DNA from: an uncultured Spirochaetota bacterium
Lineage (GTDB): Bacteria; Spirochaetota; Brevinematia; Brevinematales; JAOACQ01
DNA length: 64,000 nt
Assembly (NCBI GenBank): GCA_963768055.1
Contig: CAVYGN010000001.1
Location: 800,001-864,000 of the forward strand
Direction: 5' to 3'
Under the pieces are notes generated by a model. The model saw only the letters and a list, made by a program, of their open reading frames with translations. It did not search any database and was not told the origin of the DNA. Positions 10,336 to 19,166 of this stretch are shown here, piece after piece; the first letter of the stretch is position 1, and every line of letters starts with the position of its first letter. The translations under genes and the position numbers were made by a program.

Positions 10336-10643
10336 CTTTCGATTTAAATTTTCTGATATTCACAACGATTTTGCTCTTAATTGTGACAGGCCTATACTGC
10401 CTGATCGTTACTCTGAACTTAATAAGGCTTTTGATAGGGCTGGAAATACTCACTAAGGCCGTTACGCTTCTCCTGATAACATCCGGATTTATAACAGGCA
10501 GTATTGCTGTAGCCCAGTCGCTGACGATAACGCTTATAGTTATTGAAGTGGTTGTTATAGTCGTAGCGTGCGGTATCGTGATAGGGGTTTGTAATCATAA
10601 TAAAAACCTCGATATCAGAAACCTGAGAAAACTTAAAGGGTAG
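10332..10643 (+). CDS. NuoK/MrpC-like membrane subunit
   Basis: Three TM helices, NLIRLLIGLEI motif, conserved Glu residues, C-terminal LRKLKG. Confidence 0.85.
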   Translation: MTFDLNFLIFTTILLLIVTGLYCLIVTLNLIRLLIGLEILTKAVTLLLITSGFITGSIAVAQSLTITLIVIEVVVIVVACGIVIGVCNHNKNLDIRNLRKLKG

Positions 10644-10653
10644 GAATAGAATA

Positions 10654-10971
10654 ATGATTAATATATTAATACCACCGATCGCTTTTTTAATTTTACTGGC
10701 AGCGGCTTATCTTTTTTCGCTTGCGTCCAACCTCTTTTCGGCCAAAGGCGTTGAATCGTCGGGAAAATCTAAGTCTTACGCCTGCGGCGAGAATGTCACT
10801 GCAAATAAAGCGCAGCCGGATTACAGCCAGTTTTTCCCTTTCGCTTTCTTTTTTACGATCATGCATGTTTTAGTTTTGATCATTGCAACCGCACCGAAGG
10901 GAATAATCGGCCTGCCGCTTGTATATGTGGGAGCAGGAGTGATCGCCCTTTTTGTTTTATTCAGGAGGTAA
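10654..10971 (+). CDS. NuoA-like membrane subunit
   Basis: KSKSYACGE loop (cf. NuoA YECG) and three TM helices. Confidence 0.75.
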   Translation: MINILIPPIAFLILLAAAYLFSLASNLFSAKGVESSGKSKSYACGENVTANKAQPDYSQFFPFAFFFTIMHVLVLIIATAPKGIIGLPLVYVGAGVIALFVLFRR

Positions 10972-10972
10972 T

Positions 10973-11404
10973 ATGTCTTTTCTAAAGAAGATGATGACAT
11001 GGGCGAGAATAAAATCGCCATGGATCATTCATTTTAATACAGGCGCATGCAACGCATGCGATATAGAAATACTGGCTTCGCTTACGCCCAGGTACGATCT
11101 GGAGCGTTTCGGCATTCAGCTTAAAGGTACTCCAAGGCATGCCGATGTAATGGTCTGTTCAGGGCCTGTCACGCTTCAGACAAAGGACAGGCTGATAAGG
11201 ATTTATGAGCAGATGGCGGAACCTAAATTCGTTGTAGCGGTCGGCACCTGCGCTTGTTCGGGCGGGGTCTTCCAGGGCTGTTACGGGGTCAAGGGAGGCA
11301 TAGATACGGTAATACCGGTATCCGCCTATATTCCCGGTTGTCCCGCCAGGCCTGAAGCTATCATTGACGGAGTGGTTAAGCTTTTAAAAACCCTAAAAAG
11401 CTGA
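10973..11404 (+). CDS. [NiFe]-hydrogenase small subunit (NuoB/HycG/EchC-like)
   Basis: GACNACDIE, TPRHADV, VGTCACSGG and IPGCPARPEAI motifs; AGGAGG RBS before ATG 10973. Confidence 0.93.
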   Translation: MSFLKKMMTWARIKSPWIIHFNTGACNACDIEILASLTPRYDLERFGIQLKGTPRHADVMVCSGPVTLQTKDRLIRIYEQMAEPKFVVAVGTCACSGGVFQGCYGVKGGIDTVIPVSAYIPGCPARPEAIIDGVVKLLKTLKS

Positions 11405-11421
11405 AATTGAGGAAGTGATTT

Positions 11422-11907
11422 ATGGATAAAACTGAAAATATCATCAGCGACCTCTGCAAGAATTTTAAATTTCTTGAGGGCCGGGCAAACGTTAAAAGGG
11501 TAAGAAGGATGTTCGTTGAAATCCCTATTGAAAACAACGGTTCTTTAAAAGATATAATGAAATATCTAAGGGATAACAAGGATTTTACTTTCCTATGCAC
11601 GGTTACCGGCCTTGATTCGGGTGAAAATTTCGAAGTGATCTATCACCTTGCCGACGATTCAGGCAACCTGATTAATTTGAAAATACTTACTCCGAGGTCG
11701 GAACCTGTTATAGAATCAGTAACGCCTGTTTTTACCGGCGCGGTTTTTTACGAAAGGGAATTGAAAGACCTTTTCGGGATTGAAATTAGGGGATTGCCGG
11801 AGGGCAGAAGATACCCTCTTCCTGACGATTGGCCTGAAGGCCAGTATCCCCTCAGGAAAGATTGGAAGAAACCAGAATCAAGACCCGAGGCGTCAAACCG
11901 GCCATAG
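11422..11907 (+). CDS. NuoC/EchD-like subunit
   Basis: LCTVTGLD, FEVIYH, YERELKDLFG and YPLRKDW motifs. Confidence 0.9.
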   Translation: MDKTENIISDLCKNFKFLEGRANVKRVRRMFVEIPIENNGSLKDIMKYLRDNKDFTFLCTVTGLDSGENFEVIYHLADDSGNLINLKILTPRSEPVIESVTPVFTGAVFYERELKDLFGIEIRGLPEGRRYPLPDDWPEGQYPLRKDWKKPESRPEASNRP

Positions 11908-11916
11908 GAGGAAATC

Positions 11917-13128
11917 ATGGCAAAAGTAGTTATACCTATAGGACCTCAGCATCCGGCATTGAAAGAGCCTGCAAGTTTTACCCTCTATCTGGAAGGTGAA
12001 AAGGTTGCGGCAACAAACGTCGCGCTTGGCTATAACCATCGCGGCATAGAAAAGGCATGCGAAGAAAGGCCCTACATTCAGGATATATACCTGATAGAAA
12101 GAGTATGCGGTATCTGTTCGCATTCCCACTCTACCGCGTTTTTACAGGCAGTAGAGGAAATTGCGGCGCTTGAGATACCAAAAAGGGCGGCTTATATCAG
12201 GTCCATTGTCGGCGAACTTGAAAGGATTCACAGCCATCTTCTCTGGCTGGGTGTGGCCGGTCATGAACTCGGTTTCGATACGCTTTTCATGTACAGCTGG
12301 CGGGACAGGGAAGTAGTGATGGACATCCTCGCCATGGTCACAGGGAACAGGGTCAATTACGGGATAAACACGATCGGCGGCGTAAGACGGGATATTTCAA
12401 AGGAACAGGCCGTTGATATATTGAAAGCCCTTGACATCCTCGAAGAAAGGACAAAATTTTATATTAAGCTGGCGATGGAAGAAACGACGCTGATCGGCAG
12501 GCTTGCAGGCGTCGGAAGTCTTTCCAGGGAAATGGCTGTGAAATTCGGCGCCACCGGTCCTACTGCAAGGGCTGCTGGTGTTGACCGGGATATCAGGAGG
12601 GACGACCCTTACGCGGCTTATTCAGACGTAAATTTCAATGTCATAACCGACGGCCATGCCGACGTTCTCGGAAGGACCATAGTCAGGGTGAAGGAATTGA
12701 TGGAAAGCTATTCAATTATAAGACAGCTCTTGGCAAAGATGCCCGACGGGCCGATTTCCGTGAGGGCCCCCAGGAAAATCCAGGCCGGGGAAGCCATAAG
12801 CCGGTACGAAGCTCCGCGCGGCGAAGATTTTCATTATGTAAAGGCCAACGGTTCTGAAAAACCCGAAAGGGTAAAAGTCAGGGCCCCGACTCTGGCAAAC
12901 CTTGCCGCTATAACACATATGATAGACGGCGGTTACCTTGCGGACGTGCCTATAGTCATAGCGGCAATCGATCCATGCTTTTCCTGCACCGACAGGATGA
13001 TCTCGCTTAAAGACCGGGATAATGGTAAAGAAACTATTATGGATTGGGAAGGGCTGAGGAATTACAGCCTTGAATGGTATAGGAAGAACCGCGGTATAGA
13101 TATGAATAAAATACATGCTTTAAGATAA
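11917..13128 (+). CDS. Group 4 [NiFe]-hydrogenase large subunit
   Basis: GPQHP, HRGIEK, L1 motif ERVCGICSHSH, ELERIHSH, EAPRGE and L2 motif DPCFSCTDR, followed by a C-terminal extension. Confidence 0.95.
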   Translation: MAKVVIPIGPQHPALKEPASFTLYLEGEKVAATNVALGYNHRGIEKACEERPYIQDIYLIERVCGICSHSHSTAFLQAVEEIAALEIPKRAAYIRSIVGELERIHSHLLWLGVAGHELGFDTLFMYSWRDREVVMDILAMVTGNRVNYGINTIGGVRRDISKEQAVDILKALDILEERTKFYIKLAMEETTLIGRLAGVGSLSREMAVKFGATGPTARAAGVDRDIRRDDPYAAYSDVNFNVITDGHADVLGRTIVRVKELMESYSIIRQLLAKMPDGPISVRAPRKIQAGEAISRYEAPRGEDFHYVKANGSEKPERVKVRAPTLANLAAITHMIDGGYLADVPIVIAAIDPCFSCTDRMISLKDRDNGKETIMDWEGLRNYSLEWYRKNRGIDMNKIHALR

Positions 13129-13142
13129 GGACGGTGCATTAA

Positions 13143-14101
13143 ATGTCGGAAACTCTTGTTAATCTATTCGAGATCATGGTTTTCCCGGGTTTTATATTTT
13201 TGTCTCTTTACGCACTATTGGTGGAATTTGTGGACAGGAAACTTTACGCCCGGTTCCAGAACCGTGTCGGTCCGCCCTGGTTCCAGCCTCTTGCGGATTT
13301 TATAAAACTCCTCGGAAAAGAGACCATCGTTCCTCTTGAAGCGGATGCGAGAATGTTCCGGGTCATACCGTTATTCTCTTTAGCCGCGGTCTGCACGGCC
13401 TTCCTTTATATCCCCATCTGGGGCGTTAAATCTATGTTCCCATTTAACGGCGACGCGATAGTCGTACTATATCTTCTTACCATTCCGACGCTGACATTTT
13501 TCCTGGCCGGATGGTATTCCTCATCGCTTTTCGCATGTCTGGATCCGTAAGGACCCTTACACAGCTTTTTGCATATGAAGTTCCCCTTTTCATGGCTATA
13601 CTGGCTCCGACTTTACTGGCCGGTAATACTGGAAACTGGTCGCTGTCCGGCATTTCAGCATATTATGGAACTCACCCCCTGCTGCTGCTTGTCAATATTC
13701 CCGCCTTTTTCGTAGCCCTTGTATCCATCCAGGGTAAACTTGAAAGGGTGCCTTTCGATATACCTGAAGCTGAAACCGAGATCGTAGCCGGTTCGTTCAC
13801 AGAGTACAGCGGAAAACTCCTTGCAATGTTCAGGATGTCGATCGATATCGAGATGGTCGTGGTGGCTTCGCTTTTAGCCGCAGTCTTCTTTCCGTTCTTT
13901 ACCGCCGGCGGGCCTGTGATCGGGTTTGCTCTTTTTATCGTGAAAACGATGATTATCGTGTTTTTACTATCCGTCGCTCGTGCGACTATGGCCAGGCTCA
14001 GGCTGGAACAGATGGTATCTTTCTGCTGGCGTATTTTGACGCCTGTCGCAATTTTACAGATACTTGCGAATTTAATTTTAAAAGAGGTCATTAAAATATG
14101 A
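13143..14101 (+). pseudogene. NuoH/HycD-like membrane subunit split by a 1-nt frameshift near 13533-13535
   Basis: The N-half (DRKLYARFQNRVGPPWFQPLADFIKL) and the C-half (GSVRTLTQLFAYEVP, RVPFDIPEAETEIVAG..TEYSG, RLRLEQ) are in different frames. The junction TTC GC ATG TCT GGA lacks one base. It could be a sequencing error. Confidence 0.8.
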
Positions 14102-14445
14102 GAAGACCCGGGTCGTTAATGCCGTTCGTAATGGGTATGGTTCTGAAAAAACCCGCCACAAATATGTATCCCTATAAAAAGGTTATAATGCCAGACAGAT
14201 ACAGGGGAAAGCTGAAGTTCGAACAGATAAAGTGCATCGGGTGCCAGTTATGCGTAAAGGATTGCCCTTCGAATGCGATCGAGATAGTGAAGGTAGGCGA
14301 TAAGCTTTACGATGCCTATGTTTATCTGGACAGATGCATATACTGCGGACAGTGCGTCGACAGCTGTCCCAGGAAGGCCCTTGAGAATACAAAGGACTTC
14401 GAACTGGCTAATTACGATCACGAGCACCTCAAGGTGAAGATATAA
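14098..14445 (+). CDS. NuoI/HycF-like 2x[4Fe-4S] subunit
   Basis: ATNMYP, YRGK, CIGCQLCVKDCP and CIYCGQCVDSCP motifs. Confidence 0.92.
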   Translation: MRRPGSLMPFVMGMVLKKPATNMYPYKKVIMPDRYRGKLKFEQIKCIGCQLCVKDCPSNAIEIVKVGDKLYDAYVYLDRCIYCGQCVDSCPRKALENTKDFELANYDHEHLKVKI

Positions 14446-14465
14446 ATAGGTTCCGGAGCTGATCG

Positions 14466-14984
14466 GTGACGCAATCTGTAAACCAGTCAATTGAACAAAT
14501 CTTAAATCCCATATTATCCGATGGGGGCAAGGTTGTCATTCTGGGCGCCGGATCATCGCTTAACTGCGACGACGGTGCCGGGCCTGCTATCGCGGACAGG
14601 CTGATCAGCGGAATGAAGGGGAAGCTTCCCGAAAATATCAGGGTCTATAACGGATGCGCGGCGCCTGAAAATTTTACCGGCGAGATCAAGCGTTTTACAC
14701 CCGATACACTGCTCATTATAGACGCGGCTGATTTTTCTCTTCCACCGGGCAGCGTGCGGACGATCGATTTGAAAGACATCTCGGGAGCGGCTTTCAGCTC
14801 TCACATGCTCCCCATCAAAATAATGGTCGATTACCTGGAAAAGGAAACGGGCTGTAAAACGATCCTGATCGGCATACAGCCGGAGAGCGTGCAGTACGGG
14901 GATGAATTATCGGGGCCGGTGGCGGGGACGGTTAAAGAGATAGTTAAAGTTATTCTGAAAAACATCAGGAAGTCAGCTCGATAA
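14466..14984 (+). CDS. hycI: Hydrogenase maturation endopeptidase, HycI type
   Basis: VILGAG..LNCDDGAG, APENF, IIDAAD, SSHMLP and IGIQP motifs; last gene of the hydrogenase operon. Confidence 0.85.
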   Translation: MTQSVNQSIEQILNPILSDGGKVVILGAGSSLNCDDGAGPAIADRLISGMKGKLPENIRVYNGCAAPENFTGEIKRFTPDTLLIIDAADFSLPPGSVRTIDLKDISGAAFSSHMLPIKIMVDYLEKETGCKTILIGIQPESVQYGDELSGPVAGTVKEIVKVILKNIRKSAR

Positions 14985-15507
14985 GCCTGTTTACGACCTT
15001 CCATGTCCGGGCCGTGCCGGTAACACCGAGTATCTTCTCGAAGTTGACATTCCTTCTGGTCCCTGCAAATTCAATCGGATATTCATAGTATAGAACGTTT
15101 CCCTGGATACTGAAGCGGTATTCGTCGCCCTGCTTTTCCATAAGCGCGTCCCGATGCGCCTCATCCGGTTTTCCGGAAAGGAACATGATATGGCATTGTA
15201 TTGTATCCGGTCCTTCCGGTTTGAACGGGTTATCGGCGGCCGCTTTTTTCAAATTTTCAGGAGTAAGCACAAATGCAATAACTTCGTAGCCCAGGGATAG
15301 CAGAAGCTTGTCCTCGATCTGACATTTCAGCTTTCCTGTATCGGTTTCCTCGGATTTGAACAGGATATTTCCGCTCTGGATATATGTAAATACGTCTTTA
15401 AAGCCGTATGATTCGAACAGGAGTATCAGATCGTTCATCCTGATAACAGCGTTTCCTCCGACATTAACGGCGCGCAGCAGGGCGATATACTGGAAAATGT
15501 TTTGAAT
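14965..15507 (-). CDS. DUF1697 family protein; probable ATT start
   Basis: The family N-terminal motif YIALLRAVNVGG lies in frame upstream of the ATG at 15438. TYIQSGN and TARTW motifs are present. GGAGGG sits 5 nt before ATT at 15507. Confidence 0.8.
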   Translation of the reverse strand: MQNIFQYIALLRAVNVGGNAVIRMNDLILLFESYGFKDVFTYIQSGNILFKSEETDTGKLKCQIEDKLLLSLGYEVIAFVLTPENLKKAAADNPFKPEGPDTIQCHIMFLSGKPDEAHRDALMEKQGDEYRFSIQGNVLYYEYPIEFAGTRRNVNFEKILGVTGTARTWKVVNRLIELTS

Positions 15508-15695
15508 ACGATCCCTCCGATTTATTATTTAATTATAAATATGAGTTGAAATTAAATCAACATGCTTAAACTTTTATAAAAGCTGACAAAACATAAGATA
15601 AAACAACATTCAATGCGAATGACATAACCCGGATGTTTAAGAATCGCTAATCTTCATCATTAAATGCATCTGAGCGATCTCAACAACGACTCCTT

Positions 15696-16550
15696 TTAAT
15701 ATTGCAATTTATTCATCCAATCGATAAAAACTTTTGAAACCTCGCTTATATGATTATTATAGCTGTGGTCGGCGCCTTCGATCATAAGTGTTTTGACGCC
15801 GGAGGAGGCTGCTGCGGCATTGCGTATAAAATCCAGTTCCTTTTCCGAACCCACCCAGCCCTCGCTGGTACCGTATACAGCCAGGAGAGGGCAGAGGATC
15901 CGGCCAATGTAGCCGCCTATCGATTTTCCTAACAAATAAGCATAGCTTAGATATGTCCGGGCGCTCAGTGTTTCGGCTCCTATATAGAAAGAGCCCCAGG
16001 GCAGAAGATCTCTGCCGCGGCCTTCGGCTGCCAGATTTTCGGCTTTCTCAAATATTTCCGGATCAGTGTTTCCGGCTCGCAGAGGGGGCGATGCGGCTAT
16101 CAGCCCTGCAACTCTCTCGTCCTTTTTTTCGGCCTGGTAATACATCGCTTTCAATGCCCCGAGGCTGTGTCCGATGATCATTATTTTGTTATGCCCTAAA
16201 TGAGCAGTAAAATCCATCCAGGCCGTTATATCCTCAAGAGATTCCTCGAAGATTTCCCAGCCGCCTCCGTAAAGCATCGGCACGCCTTTTGGCGAATAGT
16301 ATATAGAGCCGAAGTCATGGCCCCGGTTATTGCCTGTAATGAATGTATAACCGGCCGCCGCTATCTTCCGTCCGATCTGTACGGTGCTGTATTGATAATA
16401 ATTGCTGGAAAAACCATGAACCCATACGACCGCGGCAGATTTAATCGGGACTCCGGCCGGACGGATCAGCAGGCCCTCCTGGTAAAGGGCGTCGCTCGTC
16501 CGCGTGTAGACAAGATCTTCCGAATAATTAATGTTCATTCCGTAAAACAC
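15696..16550 (-). CDS. Alpha/beta-fold hydrolase (DUF1749-like)
   Basis: VWVHG, nucleophile elbow GHSLG, C-terminal GADHSY. Confidence 0.85.
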   Translation of the reverse strand: MFYGMNINYSEDLVYTRTSDALYQEGLLIRPAGVPIKSAAVVWVHGFSSNYYQYSTVQIGRKIAAAGYTFITGNNRGHDFGSIYYSPKGVPMLYGGGWEIFEESLEDITAWMDFTAHLGHNKIMIIGHSLGALKAMYYQAEKKDERVAGLIAASPPLRAGNTDPEIFEKAENLAAEGRGRDLLPWGSFYIGAETLSARTYLSYAYLLGKSIGGYIGRILCPLLAVYGTSEGWVGSEKELDFIRNAAAASSGVKTLMIEGADHSYNNHISEVSKVFIDWMNKLQY

Positions 16551-16653
16551 TCCGGGGCAGATAGCAAAATTCGAAGAACTTCCTGTTAAGATATTATATA
16601 ACTAAAATGAAATTATTTAAATATAATTGGAAATCCTGAAGTAGAAAATGACT

Positions 16654-17505
16654 CTATTTTTCCTTGAGTTTCGACTTTACTCTTGTCGCTATGAATTCAA
16701 GGACAACAGCAAAGGCCAGGATGAAGTAGGTAATAAGACCCACTTCATGCAGATCGAAATAAAACGTGCTGGACATGAATAAGTCGAAACCTATTCCGGC
16801 CGCCCCCGCCGCGGCCCCCATGGCAACAGCGTTTGAAAAATTCAACTCGAACCGCAGAAAGGTCCAGGACAACAGATATGTCGCCGATGAAGGGAGAACC
16901 GCCTGGAAAACTATATGCAGCCATCTTGCACCTGAGGCCTTCAGAGCGTCTATGACCCCCTTGTCAAGTTCCTCGTAGCACTCTGCATAGGCCTTGGTTA
17001 AATAACCGATCGAGTGGAAAGAGAGGCCTATTACAGCCGCCGTGCTGCCCAATCCTGCCGATACTGCGAAGATCAAGACCCAGAGTATGGAAGGAATGGC
17101 CCGTATAACCGCTACAAAAGCTTTGACAATGACTGTTACTCCTTTCGGGGACAGATTCTGAGCCCCCAGAAGACCAAGAAAAAGCGCAATAAAGCTGCTG
17201 AAGAGGGTAATGAGGATGGATAGTCCTATGGTTATAACTATTTCGACAAAAATATCTAGAATTGAAAGCCTGTAGGAGAAGGGATGAATGAAAATAGTCT
17301 TGAAGTTATTTAATGTATCCAGGACAGCGCCGGGAATATTGACGCTTCCGCCATCCAGGGTTAAAAGGCTGTATACTGTAATGGCAGCTAAGACCGCCAA
17401 TGTGAAACGGACAATGATCGTAGCGCGTGTCAGAGGTTTAATCAACCTCCCGGGTATTTTATTTTCAGGGCTTAGAGACTTCGCGGCTGCTTTTAAATCA
17501 GTCAT
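16654..17505 (-). CDS. phnE: Phosphonate ABC transporter permease
   Basis: RAIPSILW, DALKASGA (EAA-like loop), RFELN and GAAGIGF motifs; operon context. Confidence 0.9.
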   Translation of the reverse strand: MTDLKAAAKSLSPENKIPGRLIKPLTRATIIVRFTLAVLAAITVYSLLTLDGGSVNIPGAVLDTLNNFKTIFIHPFSYRLSILDIFVEIVITIGLSILITLFSSFIALFLGLLGAQNLSPKGVTVIVKAFVAVIRAIPSILWVLIFAVSAGLGSTAAVIGLSFHSIGYLTKAYAECYEELDKGVIDALKASGARWLHIVFQAVLPSSATYLLSWTFLRFELNFSNAVAMGAAAGAAGIGFDLFMSSTFYFDLHEVGLITYFILAFAVVLEFIATRVKSKLKEK

Positions 17506-18287
17506 AGTATTTCCCTTCGAACGATGTTGGATATGGTTTCCATGGCAATGACAGTAATGACGGTGACTATTACAACAAGGCTTGCTACATGGTAATTGAA
17601 GGATTTGTAGTATACATCGAACAAAAAGCCTATGCCCGTACCTGTGAGAAATCCGACCAGTGTTGCATCGCGAATGTTCGTTTCAATCATGAAAAGAAGC
17701 CAGCTTACAACCTGGGGCATGCTTGACGGCAAAACCGCCTGGAAAATAATATGGTAATAAGCGGCTCCTGTTGCACGCAGAGCTTCTACTGTATTTTCGC
17801 CTACTTCATCGAGCGTTTCCATAAAGGCCCGGGTAAGAAATCCCAGAGAACCGAAAAACAGGGCCAGAAAGCCTGTAAGGGAGCTCTGGCTGAAGGCCAG
17901 CATAAGAACCATAGCCCAGGCCACGAGAGGCACGTTCCTGAAAAAAGAGCCTATGCCCCGGGCTAACGCTGTAAAAAATACGTGAACACGGGTGCTGCGC
18001 GACCCCAATAAGGCAAGCGCCATGGCAAAAACGGCAGCTACGACGCTCGAAGCAACAGACAGCAGGATTGTGTCCCTGAGCTTTATTAAAATATCGCCAA
18101 TCCTTGAAAACGAAGGGACGTCGGGATAAAAGTTTGATATGCCCCAGATAAAGGCCCTGTAAATACTGAGGAAGCCCCTGCCGGGGTCATATTGGGTAAT
18201 TATGATCGAACCTGCTGTAAGGACGGCTATCAGGGCAAAGACCAGGAGAGTGCTTTTCCTGCGTTTCGCGAAGATGTCAGCCTGCAT
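17502..18287 (-). CDS. phnE: Phosphonate ABC transporter permease
   Basis: RNVPLVAW, VEALRATGA and ETNIRDATLVG..GTGIG motifs. Confidence 0.9.
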   Translation of the reverse strand: MQADIFAKRRKSTLLVFALIAVLTAGSIIITQYDPGRGFLSIYRAFIWGISNFYPDVPSFSRIGDILIKLRDTILLSVASSVVAAVFAMALALLGSRSTRVHVFFTALARGIGSFFRNVPLVAWAMVLMLAFSQSSLTGFLALFFGSLGFLTRAFMETLDEVGENTVEALRATGAAYYHIIFQAVLPSSMPQVVSWLLFMIETNIRDATLVGFLTGTGIGFLFDVYYKSFNYHVASLVVIVTVITVIAMETISNIVRREIL

Positions 18288-18289
18288 GA

Positions 18290-19090
18290 TTAAACTATCG
18301 CTTCGGTAAGGACGCCGCCTGTATCATGGTCATAGCTTTCTGCTATCTGTTCAGCGCCGTAAATCTCGGTGATCCGATTGCGGGAGAGCTGTGACGGAGG
18401 ACCGTCAAAGTGGATTGAGCCTTTGTTGAACCCGATGATCCGGTGGGAATAATTCAAAGCCACATTCACCTGGTGAAGGCTGATTATCAGGGTTATGCCC
18501 CGGTCCCGGCAAATATTCTTAAGATAGTCCATGATAATCTTTGATGAACCGGGATCCAGGGATGCAATGGGTTCGTCACAGAGTATCATCTTGGGGTTCT
18601 GTACCAGTGCTCTTGCAATACCTACTCTTTGTTTCTGGCCGCCGCTTAGCTGGTCACAGCGTTTGTGTATATGGTCTTCCATACCGAGAATTTCGAGAAT
18701 ATCCCATGCATCCTTTTTTTCCTTCACAGTATAACTGCCGAGGATACCTGAAAGGGTAGATTTATATCCGAGCCTGCCATGAAGTACATTTTCAATGACA
18801 GTCAGGCGCTCCACCAGATTGTGATGCTGAAAAATCATCCCGATTTTCGTTCTCACCTTCCTGAGTTCTGACTTTCGCAGTTTCGAAACTACAACACCGT
18901 TGAAGCAGATTTCCCCGTTCGTCGGATCGGTCATCCTGTTAATGCATCGGAGAAGAGTTGTTTTTCCCGAACCGGAAGCCCCTATAACTGAGACAAATTC
19001 CCCCTCTCTGACTGAGAAGCTTACATCAGCAAGGGCCGGTTTTGTTCCAAGAAAACACTTGGTTACATTTCTAAGTTCTAATAATACCAT
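18290..19090 (-). CDS. phnC: Phosphonate ABC transporter ATP-binding protein
   Basis: GASGSGKT, GMIFQHHNLVERLTVIENVLHGRLG, LSGGQKQRV and DEPIASLDP motifs. Confidence 0.95.
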   Translation of the reverse strand: MVLLELRNVTKCFLGTKPALADVSFSVREGEFVSVIGASGSGKTTLLRCINRMTDPTNGEICFNGVVVSKLRKSELRKVRTKIGMIFQHHNLVERLTVIENVLHGRLGYKSTLSGILGSYTVKEKKDAWDILEILGMEDHIHKRCDQLSGGQKQRVGIARALVQNPKMILCDEPIASLDPGSSKIIMDYLKNICRDRGITLIISLHQVNVALNYSHRIIGFNKGSIHFDGPPSQLSRNRITEIYGAEQIAESYDHDTGGVLTEAIV

Positions 19091-19115
19091 AAGCTCATCC
19101 TCCTGAAAATAGAGG

Positions 19116-19141
19116 AAGGGCGTCAGACAAGTGACGCCCTT
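19116..19141. terminator. Intercistronic hairpin between phnD and phnC (mRNA stabiliser or partial terminator)
   Basis: Perfect 10-bp stem AAGGGCGTCA-GACAAG-TGACGCCCTT; the T-tract is on the plus side only. Confidence 0.55.
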
Positions 19142-19166
19142 TTTTAAACCAATTTAAATACAGATC

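Noticed and set aside
13520..13550. Programmed frameshift in the NuoH-like gene
   Set aside because: No slippery heptamer, long homopolymer or evident stimulatory structure is present at the junction.
5038..14445. Calling the operon NADH:quinone oxidoreductase (nuo) or a NiFe-less Ehr/Mbx complex
   Set aside because: There are no NuoE/F/G genes, the large subunit retains both CxxC Ni-binding motifs, and a HycI protease gene follows.
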